From a virus (Duplodnaviria; Caudoviricetes), in IMG/VR virus record IMGVR_UViG_3300011438_000011, positions 1-63,007 of that record: 63,007 nucleotides of DNA; one strand, written 5' to 3'. The notes beneath the pieces are model-generated. The model saw nothing but the letters and a program-made list of their open reading frames with translations. It was not told the DNA's origin and made no database searches. The position numbers and the translations under genes were made by a program. This document shows, piece by piece, positions 36,585 through 46,072 of this stretch (its first letter is position 1; the number at the start of each line of letters is the position of its first letter).

Positions 36585-37043
36585 ATGAAGCACATGGTCA
36601 TCACGCGGCGCCTCGAGTGGGACAGCGCACACCGGGTGCTTCGCCACGAGTCGAAGTGCGCGACGCTCCACGGCCACCGCTACGCCGCGCTCTTGAGCTG
36701 CACGGCGGACCGACTCGACGCGTGCGATCGCGTCGTGGACTTCGGCGTCATCAAGGAGCGCGTCGGCGGTTGGCTCGATGCGACGTGGGACCACGCCACC
36801 CTCGTCAACCAGGCCGACCACGAGCTCCTGGAGTTCGCGTCGTCGCAGGCGTTGCGCCACGGGCATCGCAAGCCGTTCGCGTTCGCCGCGGAGCCGACCG
36901 CGGAGACGCTCGCCGCGTTCCTCTTCGACAAGGCTCACGAGCTCCTGGCCGATACCGGTGTGGTGATCGCGCGAGTCGAGCTCTTCGAGACGCCGAACTC
37001 GTCGGCCACGATGACTGGAAGGAGCTTTCGCGGTGGCCGGTGA
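36585..37043 (+). CDS. queD: 6-carboxy-5,6,7,8-tetrahydropterin synthase
   Basis: SAHR...CATLHGHRY, VVDFG, WDH, PTAE, ETP motifs. Confidence 0.92.
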   Translation: MKHMVITRRLEWDSAHRVLRHESKCATLHGHRYAALLSCTADRLDACDRVVDFGVIKERVGGWLDATWDHATLVNQADHELLEFASSQALRHGHRKPFAFAAEPTAETLAAFLFDKAHELLADTGVVIARVELFETPNSSATMTGRSFRGGR

Positions 37044-37359
37044 AGACCGCGACTACCTCGTGCGCGTCGTCCAGCTGCCGTGTGCTGCGCGCTTCATGTC
37101 GGCGGCCCACCCGTGTGGTGGGATCGTCGTTGCGCACCACAGGAGCACGGGGCGAGTCGCCAGGGCTCCGGTGAAGGGCGGCGATCGCCGATCCCATGAC
37201 CACGACACGATCCCTTTGTGCGCCGTCCACCACAACAGCTGGCACGCCGCGAGCCAGCCGTTCAAGATCATGATCCGCGCCGAGCGCGAAGCGTGGGAGT
37301 CCGAGCAGGTCTTCCGCGTCAAGCAGATCCTCAAGCCGATATCCACCATCCAGCGATGA
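37033..37359 (+). CDS. DUF968/Ref-like His-Cys (HNH-type) protein
   Basis: LPC...AHH...DTIPLCAVHH...H. Confidence 0.6.
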   Translation: MAGEDRDYLVRVVQLPCAARFMSAAHPCGGIVVAHHRSTGRVARAPVKGGDRRSHDHDTIPLCAVHHNSWHAASQPFKIMIRAEREAWESEQVFRVKQILKPISTIQR

Positions 37360-37387
37360 AGCCCCAGGGGCAGAAAGCGACCTCAAC

Positions 37388-37810
37388 ATGACCGACAAGA
37401 CCACCGACCCGCTCGACTCCGTCCCACCGCTCGCTCCACCCGATGCGACGAAGGAGCAGATCGCCGTCGCCGCCTACGAGGCGGTCGGGGCGATGCTGTA
37501 CGCGCTCGCCGCGCGGGCCGACCAGACCCGGGCTAAGAACTACGTCGCCATGCAGTTCACGGGCTGCGTGTTCCCGTTCGACCGGGCCGAGATCCACTTG
37601 ATCCGCCCCGATGGGATGTCGCCCACCGAACGCGCCGAAGACCTCCAGACCAAGGTCAACGCCCGCATCGTCGAGGTCGGGATCCAGCTCCACAAAATCA
37701 AGTTCTCACTCTTGAAGGCCAGCCTCGGGCTCGGCGGTAGCGCCGTCGAGATCGAACTGGCGCAAGAGCAGGTCGACCACGCCATCGCGATCGCCGAGGC
37801 GCCACTGTGA
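37388..37810 (+). CDS. Hypothetical protein
   Basis: Codon pattern and packing. Confidence 0.65.
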   Translation: MTDKTTDPLDSVPPLAPPDATKEQIAVAAYEAVGAMLYALAARADQTRAKNYVAMQFTGCVFPFDRAEIHLIRPDGMSPTERAEDLQTKVNARIVEVGIQLHKIKFSLLKASLGLGGSAVEIELAQEQVDHAIAIAEAPL

Positions 37811-38583
37811 GCCGCGAGGAGCGCTCCGTCGACGTCGCGGCGACCATCGGCCACCTGGCCCAGAAGTCGTTCGAGGGGTTCGCGCTGACCTACGACGTGA
37901 AGACCCGATCGTGGAGGTGCCGGAACCCCGCCCATGGATGCCACGCGTTCCGCGTGTACGTGTATCCGGGGCTCGTCGTGATGTGGGGAGACCTCGGGGA
38001 GTACACGTTCGTCCACGGCGATCAGAACTCGCTGCGCTGGTTCTTGGACCAGGGCCACAAGGACGAGCGGTACCCCGACTACTTCCTCAGCAAGCTGCGC
38101 GCGGTAGCCGGGTCGCCGGCCAGGGAGTTCTACATCGGCGACGCGCATGCGTACCTCGACGAACGCCTGGCCGACGTCGCGGCCAAGCACGCCGACGAGA
38201 TCGCCGAGCTCGACGAAGACGACGAGTCCGGCCGCACCCACGCCGACGAGTCTGCGGCGAAGGAGCGCAAGCCGTTCGAGGAGGTGCGCCAGCGGTTCAC
38301 GGAGCTCCTGGCGGAACAGGTGAACGAGGAACGCACGTGCTGGTACTTGGCGTGGCTCGAATGCACGGGCGATGGCGACCCTCCATCTTGCGAGGGCTGG
38401 TCCGGGACGGCGCTCTGGGCGTGGCACGCGGCGCACACGTTCGCGCGCCTCCACGGGCAAGCCATGGAGATTTCCAGGTCGCTCACGGTCCCGCCGGTGG
38501 ACGACACCCGCGCGGCCCTGTTGCGCGGCGCCCAACTCGAGCTTCGCCGCGAGGCCGTCAACTTCGTTGAGGCCGCGCCATGA
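37807..38583 (+). CDS. Phage hypothetical protein
   Basis: PGLVVMWGDLGEYTF...DYFLSKL motif; GTGA overlap. Confidence 0.7.
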   Translation: MSREERSVDVAATIGHLAQKSFEGFALTYDVKTRSWRCRNPAHGCHAFRVYVYPGLVVMWGDLGEYTFVHGDQNSLRWFLDQGHKDERYPDYFLSKLRAVAGSPAREFYIGDAHAYLDERLADVAAKHADEIAELDEDDESGRTHADESAAKERKPFEEVRQRFTELLAEQVNEERTCWYLAWLECTGDGDPPSCEGWSGTALWAWHAAHTFARLHGQAMEISRSLTVPPVDDTRAALLRGAQLELRREAVNFVEAAP

Positions 38584-38771
38584 ACATGAGCAACGGAGAG
38601 CGCATGGTGTGGGCGAACGCATTCGAGCGAGCGATCGCGGACGGGCGCAACCTCACCGAATGCGTGGCGGCGGCTCATCGTGCCGTTGCCGGGCTGCGTA
38701 ACGCTCGCTACCTCGAACTGACCGAGGATTCGCGTGCCATGCTCGAGGACATGCTGGGGGTTGCCCGATGA
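38580..38771 (+). CDS. Hypothetical protein
   Basis: ATGA overlap. Confidence 0.55.
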   Translation: MNMSNGERMVWANAFERAIADGRNLTECVAAAHRAVAGLRNARYLELTEDSRAMLEDMLGVAR

Positions 38772-39322
38772 TGCGACAACAAGTAGCGGCGTTCGCTGGC
38801 TTCATGGAGCGCAAGCTCGACGAGCGCGACGATGGCCCCCTCGGTAAGATCTCCCCCGATTGGACCAAGGAGTCGTACGGGTTCTTGATGGACAAGCTCC
38901 GACAGAAGGTCAAGGAGCTCGCCGACTCGTTCACGGGGGACAACCCGCAGAACGCCGCAGTGTCGGCGCTCGATGCCGTCGACGTCGGCAACTGCGCCAT
39001 GATGCTCGTCGACAAGCTCACGGGCGGCAAGCTGTCGACCTTGCCCAGGAGGCTCGCCGAACTCCCGAGCGTGACGAAGCCCCCCGCGAGCGACAAGGCG
39101 CCGAGCGGTCACTGGTTCCGGTGGCTCCTCACGTGCCGCGGCGAGAGCGCGCAGGTCATGTCCGGTCGGGTGTTCGCCGTGTCGGATGACCGGGCGATGA
39201 CGGCGGTACGCGACGCGGCGCTGTCCGACAAGGTGCCGCGGCCGTTCGAGATCACGATCGCTCGGATCTTCCGGGTCGAGGACGAGGTTGTCCAGAAGAC
39301 GGCAGAGGTCACCAGCTTATGA
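38768..39322 (+). CDS. Hypothetical protein (possible MazG-like helical N-terminus)
   Basis: FAGFMERKL...AVDVGNCAMML pattern. Confidence 0.55.
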   Translation: MMRQQVAAFAGFMERKLDERDDGPLGKISPDWTKESYGFLMDKLRQKVKELADSFTGDNPQNAAVSALDAVDVGNCAMMLVDKLTGGKLSTLPRRLAELPSVTKPPASDKAPSGHWFRWLLTCRGESAQVMSGRVFAVSDDRAMTAVRDAALSDKVPRPFEITIARIFRVEDEVVQKTAEVTSL

Positions 39323-39831
39323 CCACAACCACCGACGAGTTTGTGCACTGGCGGTCAGCGTACGCGGCCGAGGTCGAGGCCCATACCGAGACCCGGAACG
39401 TCCTCGACGGAAGCCGCCGACAAGCCACGGCCCTGGCAGCGAGGATCGCCGAGCTCGAGCTCGAGCTCGGTTTGGTGGGATCTCAGCTCGTGGTGGCGAC
39501 CAAGCTCCTCTCCGCGCATGGCATCAAGCCGCCGGAGACGGCCAAGCACACCGGCGAGTGGTACTCGTGTGTCGTGTGCTCCACCAAGACCGACCTCGAG
39601 TGGTTGGTGGCACGGAAGCACATGTGCTGCAAGCGCACTGTGTACGTCGGGCCGTGCTGCATCACCGCGCTCGAACGGAGCCGGCCGTTCGTCGAGTCCA
39701 TCGTCGCGGATGGCGGACACGCCCCTGGTTGCCGGGGCCCCGTCAGGCTCGCGGTGCAGCTGCCGGCGACGGTGCAGGCCATCACGATCGACGCAACCGT
39801 GAGCAGCGGTAGGCCCGAGGTGAAGTCGTGA
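39319..39831 (+). CDS. Coiled-coil + Cys-rich hypothetical protein
   Basis: ATGA overlap; CVVC and CC motifs. Confidence 0.6.
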   Translation: MTTTTDEFVHWRSAYAAEVEAHTETRNVLDGSRRQATALAARIAELELELGLVGSQLVVATKLLSAHGIKPPETAKHTGEWYSCVVCSTKTDLEWLVARKHMCCKRTVYVGPCCITALERSRPFVESIVADGGHAPGCRGPVRLAVQLPATVQAITIDATVSSGRPEVKS

Positions 39832-40418
39832 CGCTCTGTGGTGCGCTCGCCGGCCTCGTCCACGAACGCGGCAAGCTCGGTCAGGCCTGGTTCTCCGAAG
39901 ACCGCGACTACCGCTACCTCCTGCTACGGGGTGGCGACATCGACGACGCCACCCCGCTCATCGCGTTCTTCATGCTCAATCCCTCGACGGCCGACGCCGA
40001 TCAGAACGATCCGACCATCGCGAAGTGCCTCAAGTTCGCGCGCAAGTTCGCGCTCGCCCGCTGGGGGCTCACCGACCTTGATCCGCCGGTCCGGGTGGCG
40101 ATCGCCAACTTGTTCGCGATCCGAGCTACCGATCCCGATGTGGCGTTCCGCCATACGAGGCCGGTCGGTGGCGAGAAGAACGACGCCGTGATCCGCGGGC
40201 TCGCTCGCCAGTCCGACATCGCGATCGCCGCGTGGGGCGCGGACAAGCGTAGCTCGGTGCGCGCGCGCGAGGTGTACCGGATCCTCCGCGATGTCCCGGG
40301 GCCGTCGCCGGCTAGCTCCATGCCGCTTCATCGCCTCGGTTCCTCGTCGAAGGACGGAAGCCCCAAGCACCCGCTGTACCTCAAGGACGCTACCGAGCTC
40401 GAGGTTCATTCGTGGTGA
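39828..40418 (+). CDS. DUF1643 family protein
   Basis: MLNPSTAD...DPT, NLFA.RATDP, AAWG, PKHPLY. Confidence 0.88.
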   Translation: MTLCGALAGLVHERGKLGQAWFSEDRDYRYLLLRGGDIDDATPLIAFFMLNPSTADADQNDPTIAKCLKFARKFALARWGLTDLDPPVRVAIANLFAIRATDPDVAFRHTRPVGGEKNDAVIRGLARQSDIAIAAWGADKRSSVRAREVYRILRDVPGPSPASSMPLHRLGSSSKDGSPKHPLYLKDATELEVHSW

Positions 40419-41167
40419 AGGAGGTCAAGCGCTCGATCGCGCAGCACATCCGCCGGGTCACCGATCGTCACGATCTGTGGTCGGTGTGGTCGGACTTCGT
40501 CGAGATGTCGGCGATCGCGGTGTCCAACGGTGTCGACCTCGTGCACCGCGCCGAGCGCGAAGCCCGCTACATGGCGATCGTCGACAAGTACAGCAGGTCC
40601 GAGCCGCAAGCCGTCGCAAGGTTCGCCGAGGCGTTCGGCGCCCTGGTGGTCGAGTTCGAGGGCGGGATCGACGACGTCCTGGGGCGCACGTTCATGGACT
40701 TCGAGCTCGGCTCGAAGTGGGCCGGCCAGTTTTTCACCCCGTTCTCGATCTGCCGGATGATGGCCGAGTTGCAGGTCGGCGACATGCCGGCGCTTGTCGC
40801 CGAGCGCGGGTTCGTCACCGCATCGGATCCGGCGGTCGGGGCCGGTGCCATGCCGCTCGCGTTGTGCGCGGCGATGCACGATGCGGGGATCAACTACCAG
40901 AACCATCTACACGTCACAGCACAAGATATCGACGAGCGCGCGGCGCACATGGCCTATATCCAGCTCGCGCTGGTAGGGGTGCCAGCGACGGTGATCGTGG
41001 GCGACACGCTGCGCATGGAGACCCGAGCCGTGTGGTACACTCCGGCTCACGTCATGGGTGGATGGTCAATGCGACTGGCATCGCGAGAGCGCCAGCCGAG
41101 GCTCCAGCCACCAGCACGCCAACCCGAGAGGCCGGTCCCGTCGCCGGCTCAGCTCGTTCTGATCTGA
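40412..41167 (+). CDS. HsdM-like SAM-binding protein (N-6 DNA methylase family) lacking NPPY
   Basis: GQFFTP, DPAVGAGAM, QDID, GDTL motifs; no NPPY/F in the ORF. Confidence 0.78.
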   Translation: MVKEVKRSIAQHIRRVTDRHDLWSVWSDFVEMSAIAVSNGVDLVHRAEREARYMAIVDKYSRSEPQAVARFAEAFGALVVEFEGGIDDVLGRTFMDFELGSKWAGQFFTPFSICRMMAELQVGDMPALVAERGFVTASDPAVGAGAMPLALCAAMHDAGINYQNHLHVTAQDIDERAAHMAYIQLALVGVPATVIVGDTLRMETRAVWYTPAHVMGGWSMRLASRERQPRLQPPARQPERPVPSPAQLVLI

Positions 41168-41186
41168 CGGGAGGAAGCGAACGACC

Positions 41187-41450
41187 ATGAAACAGAAGAC
41201 CATAGATAGGATGCGCCGGCTTCTCGCACTTGGGAGAAAACAAGAGAAGCTGACAACGTTGATCCACAGGCTCGAGCGAGCCAAGAGCGAGATCGTGGCG
41301 GCCGAACGAGAGGTCCCCGGCCGGCCGACGCTCGGAACGAACCAGACCAGGGCGGCGGTCTCGAGCATCGAAACCGCGCGCAAGGCGCTGCGCCGCGAGC
41401 GTGGCAACGTCGCTCGTGCGCTGGCGTCGAGCCGACGGAGGGCATCGTGA
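41187..41450 (+). CDS. Basic hypothetical protein
   Basis: GGAGG RBS. Confidence 0.55.
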   Translation: MKQKTIDRMRRLLALGRKQEKLTTLIHRLERAKSEIVAAEREVPGRPTLGTNQTRAAVSSIETARKALRRERGNVARALASSRRRAS

Positions 41451-42472
41451 ACCTCCGCGCGTTGTCGCTGTCCCAGCCCTGGGCGTGGGTGATGACCATG
41501 CCACCGCCACCCGACCGCAAGGACGTCGAGAATAGGACATGGCCGTGTCCACCGACCATGCTGGGCAAGCGGTTCGCGATCCACGCGGCCAAGTCGTGGG
41601 ACGATGACGGCGCCGTCCACATCCACGAGGCCGGGTTGCGGTTCCCACCCCAGGCGATGATCGCCCGGGGCGCCATTGTCGCGCTGGCGACCATCGATCA
41701 CCAGGTGATCGCCACCACGCCACCGCCGGGATCGCCACACCGGCACGCCAGCACGCTGCCGGTGAGCCAGAAGCGGTGGTTCTTTGGCCCCTACGGCTAC
41801 GTGTTCCGTGACCTGGCGGTGCTGGCCAAGCCGGTGCCGTGTCGCGGCATGCAGGGGTTCTGGGCGGTTCCCGACGAGGTCACCGAGGAGGTGCTTGGTC
41901 ACCTCGTGGCCATCGTTGATGGCCATCGGCTGGCTCGTGACGTCCTTGCGGCGTACCGGACTGGTAACAGGAACGGCAACGACGACTCGATCCCGCGCTG
42001 CTCGAACACGAACGCCTCCGGGGTCTGCATGTACGTCGGCCCGTGCCTGGAGTGCTCCAACAACCGCGGCCGTGAAGCCGCGCGTGTTGCGAAGCACGCC
42101 AAGCTGCACCTCGGCGCCATCGTGCACGTCAAAGGGTTCCGCAAGGGCTCGGATCGGGCTCACGTGGTTGTCGCCGGACCACGTGACGGGCTGGTGAAGC
42201 TCGCCTACTGCGCCACGGAGCGCTGGTACATGGCGAAGTGGTACGCGATCGAGTTCGTCATCACCGAGGTGGACGACAAGAACCCCCACGTGCGCCGGGC
42301 CCGGCGATGGCTCGCCGCGGTCGTGCCAGAGGCCGACGGGTGGAAGCGCATCCAGACGGGGCGGTTCGGTCAGCCAGGTAGCACGGAGACCGTCGGCCAC
42401 GTCGACCTCGTCCCGGTGGCCGGGACGCTGGAAGACGACGAGGCGAACTCGGGATGGCGGGATTGGACATGA
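41447..42472 (+). CDS. ASCH-domain protein with C-terminal extension
   Basis: ALSLSQPWAW...KDVENRTW...IHAA...GAIVA...PCRGMQGFW. Confidence 0.85.
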   Translation: MNLRALSLSQPWAWVMTMPPPPDRKDVENRTWPCPPTMLGKRFAIHAAKSWDDDGAVHIHEAGLRFPPQAMIARGAIVALATIDHQVIATTPPPGSPHRHASTLPVSQKRWFFGPYGYVFRDLAVLAKPVPCRGMQGFWAVPDEVTEEVLGHLVAIVDGHRLARDVLAAYRTGNRNGNDDSIPRCSNTNASGVCMYVGPCLECSNNRGREAARVAKHAKLHLGAIVHVKGFRKGSDRAHVVVAGPRDGLVKLAYCATERWYMAKWYAIEFVITEVDDKNPHVRRARRWLAAVVPEADGWKRIQTGRFGQPGSTETVGHVDLVPVAGTLEDDEANSGWRDWT

Positions 42473-43026
42473 CCAAGCCACCAACCCCCGAGGGCACCGC
42501 CGACGAGGACGAGGGCATCATGCTCTCGGCCCTCCGCGGGATCGCCGAGCTCTACGACTGTGACGGTGGCGACGATGGCGATTGCTCTTGCCCCCCATGC
42601 CGGGCGCGCCATGCGATCGCGAAGGTCGACTCGTGGCGGTTTGAGGGCGCGGTGTCGGAACGGCTCACCAGCGGCTTCAACCCACGCGAGACACGGATCG
42701 TCGCCGCGTTCCGCTGCTACTTCCGAGGCGACTCGGATCGGAAGCTGGCCCAGGTGCTGCGCGACGAACGCCACGACGTCACCCGGCGGGACTGGTGGGT
42801 CGCGACGTCGGTGGTGCAATGGCTGGCCACCAACTGCGGCATGGGCATCCTCGAGCAAGCTGGGTTCAAGTACTCGAACTACGATGCGGATCGGAAGCTG
42901 ATCGACGAGCGGCTGCCGGCGACGTTGCTCGATCCTCGGTGTCCATCGTGCGACGCCGAGGCAGCCGCCGGCAGAACGTTCTGCGGGTACTGTGGGCGTC
43001 GGCTCGCCTCGGGAGGGAAGCCATGA
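42469..43026 (+). CDS. Hypothetical protein with C-terminal Zn ribbon
   Basis: VVQWLATNCG; CPSC...FCGYCG. Confidence 0.65.
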   Translation: MTKPPTPEGTADEDEGIMLSALRGIAELYDCDGGDDGDCSCPPCRARHAIAKVDSWRFEGAVSERLTSGFNPRETRIVAAFRCYFRGDSDRKLAQVLRDERHDVTRRDWWVATSVVQWLATNCGMGILEQAGFKYSNYDADRKLIDERLPATLLDPRCPSCDAEAAAGRTFCGYCGRRLASGGKP

Positions 43027-43196
43027 TCGGTCGTGTAGCTCTCGTGGCCCTGTGCGCCTTGTGCGCCGTCGCGGCCCCGGTCCATGTGTATCTCGCGGTG
43101 GTCAGTACCCAGCCGGCCGATGCGCTCGGTCACGCGGTTCTGGCTTTCGTGGCGGCCTCGGTTCCTTGGCGGTGGTGGCAATGGAGGGCGATGTGA
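43023..43196 (+). CDS. Small membrane protein
   Basis: Two hydrophobic stretches; GGAGG RBS. Confidence 0.5.
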   Translation: MIGRVALVALCALCAVAAPVHVYLAVVSTQPADALGHAVLAFVAASVPWRWWQWRAM

Positions 43197-43420
43197 GCGG
43201 TGGGCATACTCATACGTGGGTCCCGGTTGCCGGCGAATGTGGCCAGTACGGGTGCAGCTGCAAGGCGACGGGATACCGTCACCGGTCGGGGGAGATCCGC
43301 GAACATCTGACCCAGCGCAACCGGTCGGCGGCGATCACCGCGCAACCTGCACGCGGGCTCATCACGAACCTCGGGAACTCCAACAGCCGACTCGGTCGCC
43401 CCCATGGCGGTGGATCGTGA
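43193..43420 (+). CDS. Small Cys/His hypothetical protein
   Basis: GTGA overlap; HTHTW...CSC. Confidence 0.45.
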   Translation: MSGGHTHTWVPVAGECGQYGCSCKATGYRHRSGEIREHLTQRNRSAAITAQPARGLITNLGNSNSRLGRPHGGGS

Positions 43421-43623
43421 CGGGCAACGAGTGGCTGCGGAAGCTCCAGGAGCTCGCGGTGGAGTTCAAGGCGAACCTCGTCGACAGGGGGCATAAGCTG
43501 GTGTTCGAGTTGCCGAACGGCGCATCGGTGTGGTGCGCCAAGACGCCATCGCATCCCGCCCCCGATCGGGTGCGCGGCGACATCCGGCGGGCGCTCGCCA
43601 GCTCACCGCGGGTGCCGCGGTGA
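43417..43623 (+). CDS. Small HicA-like-fold protein
   Basis: GHKLVFELPNG...KTPS...DIRR pattern; 68 aa. Confidence 0.45.
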   Translation: MTGNEWLRKLQELAVEFKANLVDRGHKLVFELPNGASVWCAKTPSHPAPDRVRGDIRRALASSPRVPR

Positions 43624-43898
43624 CTCCGGCACGGACCTGGAAGACGCCGGACGGACAGCCGGTGTTCTTGGTCGCGGCGGTCGATCGGGCGCTGGACAAG
43701 GTGTGCGCCGGGTTGACCCAGCGGACCACCATCAGAGGTGTTCGGGTCGTGGTCGGCGAGCACGTGAAGTGGAAGTGCCCATGCTGCGGGACGTCGGGGT
43801 CGGTGATCGGGAACGTCGAGCTGATGCGGAGCTGCCTCATCTCGTTCGTGACTCGCCACCAGGCATGCTGGGGTGTCGGGGACACCATGCAGCCGTGA
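43620..43898 (+). CDS. Hypothetical Zn-finger protein
   Basis: WKCPCCG...H..C. Confidence 0.5.
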   Translation: MTPARTWKTPDGQPVFLVAAVDRALDKVCAGLTQRTTIRGVRVVVGEHVKWKCPCCGTSGSVIGNVELMRSCLISFVTRHQACWGVGDTMQP

Positions 43899-44284
43899 TG
43901 GTCAGCGTGTACACGTCTCGAGTCACCTACGCCGGGGCCGACCGACTCGACGTCACGCGCAAGGGTGCGGGGCCCGAGGGCCTCCCGTTCGCGCCGTCAT
44001 GGGCGATCTTGGGGCCGGTGATCACCATGCGGAGGCTGTACGGGGTGGTCGGGGTTGACCAGGTGTGGCCGAAGTACGTGGAGGACTACACCGCCGAGAT
44101 GCGGGTGAGCTACCGCGACCACCGACCGGCCTGGGATGCGGTCCTCGCGCGGAGCTCGGTGACCCTCGTGTGCTTCTGTGTGGACCCAACTCACTGCCAT
44201 CGAACAGTGCTAGCCGGACTCCTGATTGCGTGTGGTGCGACCGGCCATGGTGAGCGAGAATTAACAGGCGTTTCGCGGGCTTGA
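43898..44284 (+). CDS. DUF488-like protein
   Basis: FAPSW...Y..EMR...VTLVCFC...HCHR. Confidence 0.75.
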   Translation: MVSVYTSRVTYAGADRLDVTRKGAGPEGLPFAPSWAILGPVITMRRLYGVVGVDQVWPKYVEDYTAEMRVSYRDHRPAWDAVLARSSVTLVCFCVDPTHCHRTVLAGLLIACGATGHGERELTGVSRA

Positions 44285-44310
44285 CACCCGACAAGGGTGT
44301 TTGATACCAA
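44281..44310 (+). promoter_or_regulatory. Putative moron promoter
   Basis: TTGACA-18-TACCAA in an AT-richer intergenic segment. Confidence 0.4.
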
Positions 44311-44353
44311 CGTTGCCGGCGATGGTCGCCAACAAGGATTGAAGGGAAGAATC

Positions 44354-45393
44354 ATGAACCGACTGTGTATGCTACTCGTGATCATGTGTGGGTGTTCGGG
44401 TGAGCTCGGGGGAACCGGGGTGCGCCAAGATCTCAGCAACGGAAACTGCCAGTACGACCCGGAGACCGACTCGTGTCGGTGCATCGGATCCCCCATCGTG
44501 CTCTCGCTCGATGGCCGGCCGATCCGGCTGACCTCCAGCGAAGCCGGAGTGCAGTTCCGGCTGCGGAACCATCAGCTGGGGCTATGGTCGTGGACGGCGC
44601 CGAAGTCGAAGTCCGCATGGCTCGTGCTCGACGTGAACAACAACGGCTCGATCGACGACGGTTCTGAGATGTTCGGCGACTCGACGTTGCAGGCGTATTC
44701 GGCGGACCCCAACGGGTTCCTCGCGCTCGCCTTCTACGACGTCAACCGCGACAACAAGATCACCCGGAAGATGAGGTCTTCGACCGTCTCCGCTTGTGGC
44801 TAGACGACAACCACGACGGCGTGTCGCAACCCGAGGAGCTGCACCGACTCGGGAAGTTCGGTATCCGCGAGCTGTCGACGCAATTCCGCGCCGATGGGAC
44901 CGTCGACAAGTTCGGCAACCAGTTCCGCGTTGCGGCGGATGTGGTGGCGGATGCTCCGGTAGGTGCCACCGCGTACGATGTCTGGCTCACGAGCATCGCG
45001 CCATCGATCGAGCCCTCCAAGGTGGGCGGCGCTACCACCAACTCCACGCAGTGGCTGTGCGCGGGCCTGATGCTTCGTACGGGGCTCCAGAGCTCCCCGT
45101 CGTTGGCCCCTTGCTTCGCGATGACGGAGCCGGCCTTCTGTTACACGGCACGAGATGGGACCGGTGTGACTACCTGCCTCACCCAGGTGGTGCGGTATGG
45201 ACAGGGCGCGCGGATCGAGGACGCGACGGCGCAGATGTCGGTCGCCATGGCGGCCACGTTCTACACCGGCGGTGTCCCGCTCTCCACATGCCCCCTCGTG
45301 CATCACGGTTTCCTGCCGGGCGACCCCGATCCGCTCCCGTTCCCGGGCGGCACGCAGGGGTATCGCGAGTACATGGCATCTCGCCAACCTTGA
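44354..45393 (+). pseudogene. Lipoprotein with RTX-associated Ca-binding (EF-hand-like) domain, 1-nt frameshift near 44764
   Basis: Lipobox IMCGC; SPIVLSLDG...LDVNNNGSIDDGSEMFG...NGFLAL..YDVNRDNKIT continues in another frame as PEDEVFDRLRLWLDDNHDGVSQPEEL. Confidence 0.75.
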
Positions 45394-45432
45394 CCGTCAC
45401 CCGACGCGGAGGTACAACAGACACACAACGGG
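45390..45432 (+). promoter_or_regulatory. Promoter + operator motif upstream of ParB/que cluster
   Basis: TTGACC-17-TACAAC, continuing TACAACAGACACACAACGGG. Confidence 0.75.
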
Positions 45433-45460
45433 CGCACATACGCCTCGATGGGAACCGGTC

Positions 45461-46069
45461 ATGAACCACAAAATCCACAGCAGCCTGGCTCACTTGGCGG
45501 TCCCAATCGCGTCATTGACTCCCGACCCTCGAAACGCCCGGGCCCATGACGAGCGGAACATCAAGGCGGTGATCGAGTCGTTCACGGCGCATGGCCAGCT
45601 CAAGCCGATCGTTGTCCAGCTCAAGACCGACGCCGGCAAGGACATGGTGATTCGGGCCGGAAACGCCTCGACCGAGGGCGCCTCGCGGATGGGGTGGACC
45701 CACATCGCGGCGGTGGTTGTCGACGTCCCCGACAAGGAGGCCAAGGCGTACGCGCTGCGGGACAACCGAACGGCCGACCTGGCCGAGTGGGACCTCCCGA
45801 ACCTCGGATCGGAGCTGCGCGAGCTCCAGGAGCTCGGCGTCGACGTGTCCACCCTCGGGTGGGAGCCGTTCGAGTACGAGCCCTTGATGGAGGCCGAGTG
45901 GAAGCCCCCGGCGAACACGGGTGAGGAGTTCGACACCCCCGGCAAGGGCACGTCCATCAAGTTCACCGAGGAGCAGATCGAAGCGCTCAAGTCCGCCATG
46001 GGTGGCCGGAAGGTCACGGCCGATGGCATCGTTGCCCGGCTGACCGCTCAGCTGGCCGACGCGAACTAG
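45461..46069 (+). CDS. ParB/Srx N-terminal domain protein (modification/packaging-associated type)
   Basis: LTPDPRNARAH...HGQLKPIVV...AGN...LRDNRTADLAEWD. Confidence 0.85.
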   Translation: MNHKIHSSLAHLAVPIASLTPDPRNARAHDERNIKAVIESFTAHGQLKPIVVQLKTDAGKDMVIRAGNASTEGASRMGWTHIAAVVVDVPDKEAKAYALRDNRTADLAEWDLPNLGSELRELQELGVDVSTLGWEPFEYEPLMEAEWKPPANTGEEFDTPGKGTSIKFTEEQIEALKSAMGGRKVTADGIVARLTAQLADAN

Positions 46070-46072
46070 CTC

